Of a stretch of DNA of 64,000 nt, positions 1 through 8,135 are shown in pieces (position 1 is the first letter of the stretch; each line of letters begins with the position of its first letter). The notes under the pieces are model-generated. The model did no database searches. It saw only the letters and a program-made list of their open reading frames with translations, and was not told the origin of the DNA. Made by a program: the position numbers and the translations under genes. This DNA is from Mariprofundaceae bacterium (GTDB lineage Bacteria; Pseudomonadota; Zetaproteobacteria; Mariprofundales; Mariprofundaceae): NCBI GenBank assembly GCA_040326115.1, contig JBEQLD010000001.1, positions 64-64,063 of the forward strand. Reading direction: 5' to 3'.

Positions 1-443
1 GCCTGAGCATCTACCTTGTCTGAGTCAGGCGTGGACAGAGGTGCATCGCCAAAGCTTGGGAGGGAATATTTTCTGTTCGGGTGTGACAGGGAATAGATAG
101 TTAGCGTCTTACCATCATTTGTATAATACCAGTCGCTCTCCTCTTCTGCGCCGGTAACGGCTTGTTGTTTTCCAGTCCATGGGTCATTGGGGATGGATTC
201 AATATATCCTTCTGCAACGAGGTCGGAGAGCATTCCAGTGGGGGGGCTGAACTCTTCGAGGACACTGTAGTCGCGTAGCGCCTGAACCAGTTCAATCTCG
301 GCAGCCAGGAGCCGAGCCTGATTTAGATATACTCTGTATGATGGAATCGATGTTGCAGCAAGCGTACCAATAATTCCTGTTACGATCATCAGTTCAATCA
401 GTGTAAAGCCTCGCCCCTTTTGATAGTTCTGTAACCAGCTCAT
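1..443 (-). CDS. Prepilin-type N-terminal cleavage/methylation domain protein, GspG-like pseudopilin (3' end runs off the window)
   Basis: Absent from the ORF track because it has no in-window stop. My reverse-strand translation from the ATG at 443 stays open to position 1: MSWLQNYQKGRGFTLIELMIVTGIIGTLAATSIPSYRVYLNQAR... This shows the G/FTLIELM prepilin-peptidase motif plus a hydrophobic helix, with a later NDPW motif as in GspG-type pseudopilins. The ATG overlaps the upstream gene's TGA (ATGA). Confidence 0.75.
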   Translation of the reverse strand, partial: MSWLQNYQKGRGFTLIELMIVTGIIGTLAATSIPSYRVYLNQARLLAAEIELVQALRDYSVLEEFSPPTGMLSDLVAEGYIESIPNDPWTGKQQAVTGAEEESDWYYTNDGKTLTIYSLSHPNRKYSLPSFGDAPLSTPDSDKVDAQ

Positions 444-1123
444 TGGATATTTCCATGAGTAGTTTTTTTATATTGCATCCTGGCCGGTTTTCCCGGCAGC
501 GCGAACAGAGAGGCTAGTCCATGGGCTTCCGGACTGGGGCAGACAATTTTTGGAGCGCCATGCTCATCGGCCTGGATCAGATAAGGTTTTGCAGTGATGG
601 GCTCAAGGGCCTGATCCGGATTCTTCAGGATATCTTTAATCTCATTGATTGAGTCAGGAAGTCGGCCAATAGCCTTCAGATAAAACTTTGTCTGCTCGGC
701 AATGGCTTCAAGATTATGTCTGCACTTGATCAACTCTGAAACCTGCTTGGATAGTTCAGGCTGGCTGATCTCATCGGAAGTAGGGCTGTAACGAATCAGA
801 ACAAATGCATTCAGGCAGAGGAGAATGGCTGTAACTCCAGCAACGGAGATGTTTCTGATGCGCCGATTTCTCTTTTTTTTCTCCAGTTGGTTCACTTCAT
901 TTTTAATATTACTGCCAACGCAGGCAGAGCAGATTGTCTGTTCACCGATCTCTTCCCCGACACACTCCTCTCCGAAGGGATCGTGGCATTTGGCACAATA
1001 GAATGTGGCCACCTCTGCCGGGTGTCTGGAACAGTGGATGTATTGTGAGTGTTCGCCATTTTTAATGACAAATGGACGGCGCTTTTTCTGTGCCGGAGTG
1101 GTTGCTTTTGTATGTTCCGTCAT
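440..1123 (-). CDS. Hypothetical membrane protein with N-terminal B-box-like Cys/His zinc finger and one TM helix
   Basis: 227-aa ORF. Cys/His pattern is C-x2-H-x8-C-x2-C-x7-C-x10-C-x2-C (HCSRHPAEVATFYCAKCHDPFGEECVGEEIGEQTICSAC). A basic stretch follows (KKKRNRRIRN), then a hydrophobic helix (ISVAGVTAILLCLNAFVLI) and about 110 aa of C-terminal domain. The stop overlaps the pseudopilin start. Confidence 0.6.
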   Translation of the reverse strand: MTEHTKATTPAQKKRRPFVIKNGEHSQYIHCSRHPAEVATFYCAKCHDPFGEECVGEEIGEQTICSACVGSNIKNEVNQLEKKKRNRRIRNISVAGVTAILLCLNAFVLIRYSPTSDEISQPELSKQVSELIKCRHNLEAIAEQTKFYLKAIGRLPDSINEIKDILKNPDQALEPITAKPYLIQADEHGAPKIVCPSPEAHGLASLFALPGKPARMQYKKTTHGNIQ

Positions 1124-1186
1124 ATCTAATTTATATCATCGGAAAAAGGCGAATAAACTTAAATAATGGTGGGGAAGGCGAGGAGG

Positions 1187-2290
1187 CTATAGAAGTGTTT
1201 CGATTTTTGTTTTATAGGCTTTTCGCATGTTCGACCATGACAAACATGCAATGTCAGGTGGAGAAGGGAGCGTGCTGTTTTGGTGCATACTGGCAAGTTC
1301 AATCAGTTTTGAAGCCAGTGCTTCTGACTCTTTCTTTTCATTAGCAGAATGGGAGTTGTAACGGAAAGAATCCGGAATAAATTCCTGATAAGCCAGTCGA
1401 TCCGGTACGGCAGGGATACAGCCTGCTGCAGTAGCTTCAAGAACACCCAGCCCCTGAAAATCGTGAAGTGCCGTGGAGACAGCGACATGGGATTGCTGGA
1501 TGATTTCCACATATTCCGACCTGTTTTCAATATATCCCCAGGCTCCAATATGCTCGGAGAGCTCCTCTTTCATATGCTCAAAAATGGCCGGGGTTTTACG
1601 AAAGCATTGTCCAGCAACATGGACCATAAAATTTACATTCTGTTCTTTCAGTAAACAAAGCGCTGAAAAAAAGCGTTCCGGTGCTTTGTCGTACTCCCAG
1701 CGGTGATTCCATAAGATGGTAAATTGATCACTGCCTTTATGACCGCTGGCCTGAAAACATGAGTCGATCAGGGGAACCGGAAGGATAGAGCTTTTATCCA
1801 TCAACATCTGTTCAATACCGGGCGGGACATGGTCGGGCATTTTGTTCAGAAGTGCGCCGCTGCCCTGAAGAAATGTCTTTCGATTGTATTCGCTATTGAA
1901 GGCGATCTGATCAGCAGAAATCGCAGCATAGATCGATGCGATTTTGGGTTCGATGGATCGATGTTCCTTACCGCTTTCAGGGTAGGCAAACTGATTCTCA
2001 TGAAAATAGAGCAGCGTTGGCACGGCTGCCAGTGAAGGTCTCATTCCCTTCAGTGCGGAGAGATCGGTCATTGATGTGGCAATGATCAGGTCGAAGCTCT
2101 GTTCAAATATCTCATCCTCAGAGATTGCCCATGTGAGGCTGTTGCCCCGGGTGCGCCAGGAGAAGTGACGGGGCGGAAGCGTTAGAACTTCCCACTCATA
2201 TTCCGGAAATGCTGTAACCATGCCTTCACGCCAATAGCGATGGCTGATCGCATCATAGGGTGAAAGAAGCAGTATTTTCTTGTGTGACAT
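1187..2290 (-). CDS. Glycosyltransferase, DUF3524 / GTDC1 (tRNA-queuosine mannosyltransferase)-like family
   Basis: Motifs LLYFHENQFAYP, MPDHVP and WNHRWEYDKAPERFF match my recollection of human GTDC1/QTMAN (LYFHENQLIYP, IPDHRP, WPHRWEHDKDPESFF). The C-terminal half looks like a GT-B family-1/4 fold (EATAAGCIPAVPD). The track start at 2296 is TTG; I use the ATG at 2290 (MSHKKILLL). Confidence 0.75.
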   Translation of the reverse strand: MSHKKILLLSPYDAISHRYWREGMVTAFPEYEWEVLTLPPRHFSWRTRGNSLTWAISEDEIFEQSFDLIIATSMTDLSALKGMRPSLAAVPTLLYFHENQFAYPESGKEHRSIEPKIASIYAAISADQIAFNSEYNRKTFLQGSGALLNKMPDHVPPGIEQMLMDKSSILPVPLIDSCFQASGHKGSDQFTILWNHRWEYDKAPERFFSALCLLKEQNVNFMVHVAGQCFRKTPAIFEHMKEELSEHIGAWGYIENRSEYVEIIQQSHVAVSTALHDFQGLGVLEATAAGCIPAVPDRLAYQEFIPDSFRYNSHSANEKKESEALASKLIELASMHQNSTLPSPPDIACLSWSNMRKAYKTKIETLL

Positions 2291-2335
2291 TCGCAAAGTG
2301 TAGCTTCCACACTCCCGCTTCGGTATACCTTCGCC

Positions 2336-3271
2336 ATGTTCTGGACATTTCTATCCCGAAATCTTGCGCCTTTGACTCTGGCAGGAGCAGTGGCTGCCTA
2401 TCTCTACCCGCCGCTATTTCTTCTTTTTAAAGATTATTTTCTCTGGTGTTTTGCAGCTACGATGTTTGCCATTGGCGTGGTTCTTCATCCTGAAGAGGCA
2501 AAGTCGGCGCTTACGCGTCCGCTTCAGATTGGTTTGGGGGTACTTACACAATATAGCATCATGCCACTGATGGGGTTTGCGGCAGCAACGATTGCGGTGA
2601 ATCAGGGGATGTCGCCAGCCATTGCTCTGGGCTTTGTGATTGTGGGTTGTGCACCGGGTGCGATGGCAAGCAATGTGATCACCTATCTTGCAGGGGGGGC
2701 GGTGGCATTTTCCATCGCCATGACCATGGTGGCTACAATCCTCTCCCCGCTACTGACACCGATGCTGGTAGAGACATTGGGCGGAGCATTTCTTGAGATT
2801 CCATTCTGGCCGATGATGCAGACGATATTGATGATTGTGGTGGCTCCACTGTTTCTGGGAATGTTGCTCCGCCCGCGTCTGGGATTGTATGGAGCGCGTG
2901 CTGAAGTGATAGCTCCCGGTATTGCCGCCATCGCCATTATGATTATTTGTAGTTATGCCGTGGCAGCCAATCAGGAACGTATTGCTGAGATTTCGATCTG
3001 GCTGGTCTTGCTTGTGGTGCTGCTCAATGGTCTGGGTTATCTGTTTGGCTGGGGTGCAGGAACTCTTTTCAACTTTGATCAGCGGCATAAAATTACCATG
3101 GCCATTGAGATCGGCATGCAGAACGCTGGATTGGGTGTGGCGCTGGCGCTGAAACATTTTGAACCGGAAACCGCACTGCCAGGCGCGCTGTTTGCTGTCT
3201 GGTGCATTGTTACTGCAGCCGGGATGACCCGTTATCTACACAGTCAAAAGCAGACCATAGCAGCAGTATAA
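2336..3271 (+). CDS. Bile acid:sodium symporter (BASS) family transporter
   Basis: 311 aa and polytopic. Family-typical segments include GCAPGAMASNVITYLAGG and EIGMQNAGLGVALA. It starts with ATG and is divergent from the glycosyltransferase with a 45-bp gap. Confidence 0.85.
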   Translation: MFWTFLSRNLAPLTLAGAVAAYLYPPLFLLFKDYFLWCFAATMFAIGVVLHPEEAKSALTRPLQIGLGVLTQYSIMPLMGFAAATIAVNQGMSPAIALGFVIVGCAPGAMASNVITYLAGGAVAFSIAMTMVATILSPLLTPMLVETLGGAFLEIPFWPMMQTILMIVVAPLFLGMLLRPRLGLYGARAEVIAPGIAAIAIMIICSYAVAANQERIAEISIWLVLLVVLLNGLGYLFGWGAGTLFNFDQRHKITMAIEIGMQNAGLGVALALKHFEPETALPGALFAVWCIVTAAGMTRYLHSQKQTIAAV

Positions 3272-3283
3272 GCTGTGGCCGGC

Positions 3284-4450
3284 TTAACGCTTGCTCATGG
3301 GTATGTAGGACTCCCCGTGTGTACCGACAAAGATCTGGCTAGGGCGATAGATACGCGTATTGCCAATCATTTCACGCCAGTGCGCAAGCCAACCGGAGAC
3401 ACGGGCAACAGCAAAAATTGGTGTGAAGAGATCAGTATCAATACCCAGTTTGCGATAGACTATGCCGGAATAGAAATCGACATTCGGGCAGACTCCTTTC
3501 GCACCCAGTGTCTCTTTGGACAGCTTTTCAATCTGCTGCGCAATTTTATAGGTCGGGTCTTCTCCAAATCGTTCAGTCAGCTCTACATAGAGTTTCTGCA
3601 GCAGGGTGGCACGTGGATCTTTGGTTTTGTAAACGCGATGACCTAATCCGGTAATTTTGTGTTTTTTTGCAATCTTATCATTCAGATAAGGCTCTACATT
3701 TTCAACCGAACCAATCTCATCGAGCATCTCCAGCACCTCTTCGTTGGCACCGCCATGCAACGGGCCGGAAAGTGTGCCGATAGCCGAGCTGATCACGGTA
3801 TAGGGATCGGCCAGTGTTGAACCGGTCACCATGGCGGAGAAGGTGCTGGCATTCATGGTGTGTTCTGCGTGCACAATCAGGGCAACATCCATGATACGTT
3901 CGGCCAGAGGATCAGGCTCTTCACCTGTCAGCATATAGAGAAAGTTGGCGGCGTGGGATAGATCATCACGCGGAGGAATAGGATCATCACCTTTACGCAT
4001 GCGTGCATGAGCGGCCACAAGTGTTGGCATCTTCGAAATCAGACGAATAGCGGCCTTGTCTGCCATCTCATATGCAGTATCAAGATCCGAGGCCATGTCG
4101 GATTTTATCGGGTAAAACATACCCAAAGCAGCTACGCCAGCCTGAAGGGCATCCATGGGGTGTGCTGCATCAGGGTAACATTTGATCATGTCTTTGATGC
4201 TGTACTTGATACGTCGATGATGACGCAGGCGAATATCAAATACTTTTAACTCTTCTTCAGAAGGGAGGTGGCCATGCAGCAGCAGGAATGATGTCTCTTC
4301 AAATGATGAGTTTTCAGCCAGCTTCTCAATATCAATGCCACGATATTCCAGATGTCCTACCTTCCCATCGACGTACGAAACCGATGATTCTGCTACTGGA
4401 ACCCCAGCGAGACCGGGCGAATAGCAAGGGACTTCTCTGTTTTCTGACAT
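3284..4450 (-). CDS. gltA: Citrate synthase (short, about 390-aa type; 2-methylcitrate synthase not excluded)
   Basis: Catalytic-site motifs are present: HAEHTMNASTF, GPLHGGANEEV, GHRVYKTKDPRA and the C-terminal RPSQIFVG. A GGAGG Shine-Dalgarno lies upstream of the ATG. Confidence 0.85.
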   Translation of the reverse strand: MSENREVPCYSPGLAGVPVAESSVSYVDGKVGHLEYRGIDIEKLAENSSFEETSFLLLHGHLPSEEELKVFDIRLRHHRRIKYSIKDMIKCYPDAAHPMDALQAGVAALGMFYPIKSDMASDLDTAYEMADKAAIRLISKMPTLVAAHARMRKGDDPIPPRDDLSHAANFLYMLTGEEPDPLAERIMDVALIVHAEHTMNASTFSAMVTGSTLADPYTVISSAIGTLSGPLHGGANEEVLEMLDEIGSVENVEPYLNDKIAKKHKITGLGHRVYKTKDPRATLLQKLYVELTERFGEDPTYKIAQQIEKLSKETLGAKGVCPNVDFYSGIVYRKLGIDTDLFTPIFAVARVSGWLAHWREMIGNTRIYRPSQIFVGTHGESYIPMSKR

Positions 4451-4547
4451 GTTTCAGACCTCCGGAAAAATGTTAATCCATGGGTGTTGGTTGTTCGGGA
4501 CGCGGAAACATAACAGAGCATTCATGTAATTGGCAGTCCAGAGGGTT

Positions 4548-5696
4548 CTATTTCGTATCTTTCATATCGAAGTATCGATCCGCAGCCCACAGATTTTTGG
4601 ACTCAGGATGGAGAACCTGCATCTCTGCAGAGAGACGGCTATGTTTGAGAATAGCTTTAATAAGCCATGAACGTTGCAGCATAAAAGGTTCAAAACTATG
4701 TCGAGGCAATCTGAGCAGGTGGCAAGGTGTGCCTGATACAATGCTGTAGTTGGCATGGTATCCCCGTAAAAGTCCACCAAGATGAAAAAAATCACCCGGA
4801 TGTATACTGCCAATCAGTGTCTCTTTGCCGTTTTTTTGACTAAGCAGCAACAGTGTTCCTGATTGAACCAGAAAGGCATCGGGATACTCCTCGCCCTCTT
4901 TGATCAAAGTCTGCCCGGCACGAGTGGATGTGTTTTCAAACACAGTGGTAACACGCCGCCGGTCTATATCATTGAACAGCTTGAAAATATCATGTTGTGA
5001 GAGCACCTGCAGTACCAGACGATGGCGGAACAGATGTTCCATCATGGCATAGAGATTCTGATCCTTTTTTAACAGTGCCCTGATTCGTTCAAAAGGTAGT
5101 TCCAGAACTTTTACGGCTTTTGCAGCTGAGAGGGTGGCAGCTCGACGCATGCCGGTAAAATATGCCAGCTCACCAATCAGACAGGGTCTTTCTTTGGAGC
5201 CGGTAAGCTTGGAGATATGCTGGTTGGGCATAATCACATCGATTTCTCCATCCTGAAGCAGCCACATATGCCCGGCAGAATCACCTTTCAAACAGAGGGG
5301 CTCACCGGCTTCAAGCTCTCTTGGATAGCCGTGTTTAAAGAGCTGGTCAATGAGAGTCGCTTCACCCTCATCACTGGCACTATCGATAATCTGTCCTTTG
5401 TTGGCTTCTCCGCCTTCACTCATGATTTCACGAAGTCGGACCGAGCTCTCCTGAGAGAGGGTCTCCTCTTCATCACCGGGGCCATCAACATAATGTCGCA
5501 TCAGAGATTTATAGGCATTCAGGGCTTCGCTATAGTCACCTGTACGTTCACAGGCATAGGCGTAGCTTAGTTTGACGTCTTTATCATTGTGCCAGACAGA
5601 AGAGCCCCATAATTGCCCGTAATACTTACGGGAAGCATGGTAATCTCCTTTGGCGGCAGCTGTTCTGGCCTGCTGAAACAGTTTTTGATAATCCAT
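4548..5696 (-). CDS. TPR-like N-terminal domain protein with two cyclic-nucleotide-binding (CNB) domains and no output domain
   Basis: 382 aa. CNB1 has a PKA-R-like phosphate-binding cassette, GELAYFTGMRRAATLSA. CNB2 is degenerate (GDFFHLGGLLRGYHANYSIV). The N-terminus is a TPR-like helical repeat followed by an acidic linker. It is a paralogue of the adjacent gene. Confidence 0.75.
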   Translation of the reverse strand: MDYQKLFQQARTAAAKGDYHASRKYYGQLWGSSVWHNDKDVKLSYAYACERTGDYSEALNAYKSLMRHYVDGPGDEEETLSQESSVRLREIMSEGGEANKGQIIDSASDEGEATLIDQLFKHGYPRELEAGEPLCLKGDSAGHMWLLQDGEIDVIMPNQHISKLTGSKERPCLIGELAYFTGMRRAATLSAAKAVKVLELPFERIRALLKKDQNLYAMMEHLFRHRLVLQVLSQHDIFKLFNDIDRRRVTTVFENTSTRAGQTLIKEGEEYPDAFLVQSGTLLLLSQKNGKETLIGSIHPGDFFHLGGLLRGYHANYSIVSGTPCHLLRLPRHSFEPFMLQRSWLIKAILKHSRLSAEMQVLHPESKNLWAADRYFDMKDTK

Positions 5697-5754
5697 ATTA
5701 AATTATCGCACTCCTGATAAAAAAACTTGTAGCCATTTAATATTGTAGGCTATT

Positions 5755-6951
5755 TCACTGAGTTTTAATATGACGATCTGCTTTCCAGAGATAATCATCT
5801 TCAGGTTTCATGATCTGCAGATTGGCAGGTCTGTGAGAGAAACGGAGAATGGCCTGTATGATCCATGGCCTTCTAAGCGTGAAAGGTTCAAACTCTTCAC
5901 GAGAGAGGCGCAGAAGTTGAACAGGCGTTGCGGTTACTACCCTGTAATCACTTTGATAGCCTTTTAAGAGTCCGCCAAGATGAATCATGTCACCTGGAAA
6001 AACGGTGGACATCAGGGATCCATCATCTGTTTCAGTGGTGTCATCAGGTTGTTCTTTTGAGTGCATGAAAAACATGCATCCACTCTGAAGCATGTAGGTA
6101 TAATCATGCTCCTCACCTGCTTCAACAAGGGTTTCTCCCGGCCCTAATGTAATCCGTTTAAATGAGTGCATGATTCGCATTCGATCAATGTCGTTGACGC
6201 GCTCGAAGACCGTGTGACGGGTTAGAACAGGCTCCGCCCATCGTTCGATCAGCAGGCGATCTATCGCTTTGGAAAACCCAGGGTCTTTCTCCTGCTGAGC
6301 ATGAATATCTGAAGCCCGTACGATGTAAAGTTCAGCCACTGAAGTGGCATGAACATCCGCTATTCTACGCTGTTTTGTAAAAAAACCGACCTCTCCTACC
6401 AGTGCCAGATGACCATCTTTGACCTGAATAATGTCCGGTTCTTCATATTCCGGTAGCTGTACGGAGAGTTCTCCACTCTTCAATAGCCATAGGTGATCCG
6501 GCATGTCTCCATTTTTACACAGCATATCTCCAGCGTTAAAGGTGACCAGTTCTCCCATATTGCATAGCCGCTCCATCAGGGCGGCATCATCCGGAATTTC
6601 AGAATCCGGGATTTCAATCTCAGGTTGATTAGAAGATGCATCAGCCGTTTCACCTTCCGTCTCCTCAGGCTCTTTTTGGAGAGCTTCAATAAGCTGTTCC
6701 AATGCTGCTGCTGCTCCCTCTTCGCCTGATTTTTTATAAATCTTAATCACTGCGGTGTAAGTTTCTATGGCCTGTTCAATATTGCCTAGCTTTTCAGAGC
6801 AGTAAGCATGTCTAAGATGAATATCCAGATTGTCTTCCATCTCGGGGTTTTCGAGGATTTTCCCGTATAACTCTTCCGCCTCCTGAAAGTTCTCCTGTGC
6901 AACAGCCTTGCGAACCTGCCGGAGCAGTTTGGGAAGAGAGACGTCACTCAC
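5755..6951 (-). CDS. TPR-like N-terminal domain protein with two cyclic-nucleotide-binding domains (paralogue of 4548-5696)
   Basis: 398 aa with the same architecture and a conserved C-terminal tail (WIIQAILRFS...LWKADRH versus WLIKAILKHS...LWAADRY). The CNB1 cassette is GEVGFFTKQRRIADVHA and CNB2 is degenerate. The GTG start overlaps the xerD stop (GTGA). Confidence 0.75.
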   Translation of the reverse strand: MSDVSLPKLLRQVRKAVAQENFQEAEELYGKILENPEMEDNLDIHLRHAYCSEKLGNIEQAIETYTAVIKIYKKSGEEGAAAALEQLIEALQKEPEETEGETADASSNQPEIEIPDSEIPDDAALMERLCNMGELVTFNAGDMLCKNGDMPDHLWLLKSGELSVQLPEYEEPDIIQVKDGHLALVGEVGFFTKQRRIADVHATSVAELYIVRASDIHAQQEKDPGFSKAIDRLLIERWAEPVLTRHTVFERVNDIDRMRIMHSFKRITLGPGETLVEAGEEHDYTYMLQSGCMFFMHSKEQPDDTTETDDGSLMSTVFPGDMIHLGGLLKGYQSDYRVVTATPVQLLRLSREEFEPFTLRRPWIIQAILRFSHRPANLQIMKPEDDYLWKADRHIKTQ

Positions 6952-7856
6952 ACCCGACTCCCTAATGGATGCGAACTGTTCACTAGCTCATGCAGACGGG
7001 CTTTGGAGATGTGAGTATAGATCTCGGTAGTTGTGATGTTTGCATGCCCCAGCAGCATTTGAACCACACGAAGATCGGCACCATGATTTAACAGGTGCGT
7101 GGCAAATGCATGACGCAGCGTGTGCGGAGAAGGGAGGGGAGTGATGCCTGCCTGACTGGCATAGAGCTTGATGCGTAGCCAAAAGTTCTGCCTGCTCATG
7201 GCGCGTCCACCACGTCCGGGGAAAAGATGAGCGTTTGAAACATTGGAACGCTTCTGTAGCCATTTTTTAAGCCAGCTTCCCGCCTCTTCACCAAACGGCA
7301 CCATGCGCTCTTTGTTGCCTTTGCCGACCACGCGGATTACACCTGCCTGAAGATCAATGTTGGAGAGGGTCAGGCCGACCAGTTCAGATACCCGCAGACC
7401 CGTTGCATACATCACCTCAAGCATGCATCGATCTCTCAAACCTGTATTTTGAGTTGTGTCGGGCACGGCAAGCAGTAGCTCAACTTCCTGCTCGCTGATC
7501 TCTTTTGGCAGGCTTCGTCCTCTTCGCATATTGGGAAGTTGACGTACAGGATGATCTTCCCGCCAGCCCTCTTCCTGAAGATAGTTGTACCATGTTGAGA
7601 GAGAACTTCTGCGGCGATAGATGCTGGAATCTTTCAGTCCCTTCTTTTTCAGGCTTCCAAGATAGCAGGAGATATCCTCCTGCGAAGCATTGAAGATGGA
7701 TTGTTTTCGTTTGTCTTGAAGGAAGTCACAGGCCTGTTTCAGATCCGCTCGATAAGCTGAAAGGGTCAGTGATGACCAGCCACGCAACATGCCAAGACGC
7801 TGGAGTAGTCCCTCCATACGCTCTTCATCGGTTGCGGTATTTTCAGTGTGGCTCAT
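6948..7856 (-). CDS. xerD: Site-specific tyrosine recombinase XerD
   Basis: 302 aa. The C-terminal catalytic region HTLRHAFATHLLNHGADLRVVQMLLGHANITTTEIYTHI is nearly identical to the XerD signature. The N-terminal SAM-like domain (LSAYRADL) is also present. Confidence 0.85.
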   Translation of the reverse strand: MSHTENTATDEERMEGLLQRLGMLRGWSSLTLSAYRADLKQACDFLQDKRKQSIFNASQEDISCYLGSLKKKGLKDSSIYRRRSSLSTWYNYLQEEGWREDHPVRQLPNMRRGRSLPKEISEQEVELLLAVPDTTQNTGLRDRCMLEVMYATGLRVSELVGLTLSNIDLQAGVIRVVGKGNKERMVPFGEEAGSWLKKWLQKRSNVSNAHLFPGRGGRAMSRQNFWLRIKLYASQAGITPLPSPHTLRHAFATHLLNHGADLRVVQMLLGHANITTTEIYTHISKARLHELVNSSHPLGSRV

Positions 7857-7949
7857 GACGGAGAGGAGTATATGGGGAAATTCAGGCTCTGTTAACCGCT
7901 TGCTGGCGAATCATCTTTTGGAAACTGTAATAACGCTATTATCTGGCTT

Positions 7950-7980
7950 AAAATAAAAAGACTCGGCAGAATGCCGAGTC
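7950..7980 (-). terminator. Rho-independent terminator downstream of tRNA-Leu
   Basis: On the minus strand: GACTCGGCA-TTC-TGCCGAGTC, a 9-bp perfect stem, followed by TTTTTATTTT. Confidence 0.65.
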
Positions 7981-7989
7981 TTTAAATGA

Positions 7990-8076
<87 letters not shown>

Positions 8077-8087
8077 ATTTCCTTGCA

Positions 8088-8115
8088 AATATAAAGCTTT
8101 TGCAAGGGCGCGCAA
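8088..8115 (-). promoter_or_regulatory. Candidate sigma70 promoter for tRNA-Leu
   Basis: Minus strand: TTGCGC, 16 nt, TATATT, then 11 nt to tRNA position 1. This is sequence inspection only. Confidence 0.3.
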
Positions 8116-8135
8116 TAGTAGAATGGAGCAGTTTA

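Noticed and set aside
101-295. The 64-aa minus-strand ORF listed in the track.
   Set aside because: It lies in a different frame inside the longer open frame that encodes the prepilin-motif protein (1-443). The latter explains the region.
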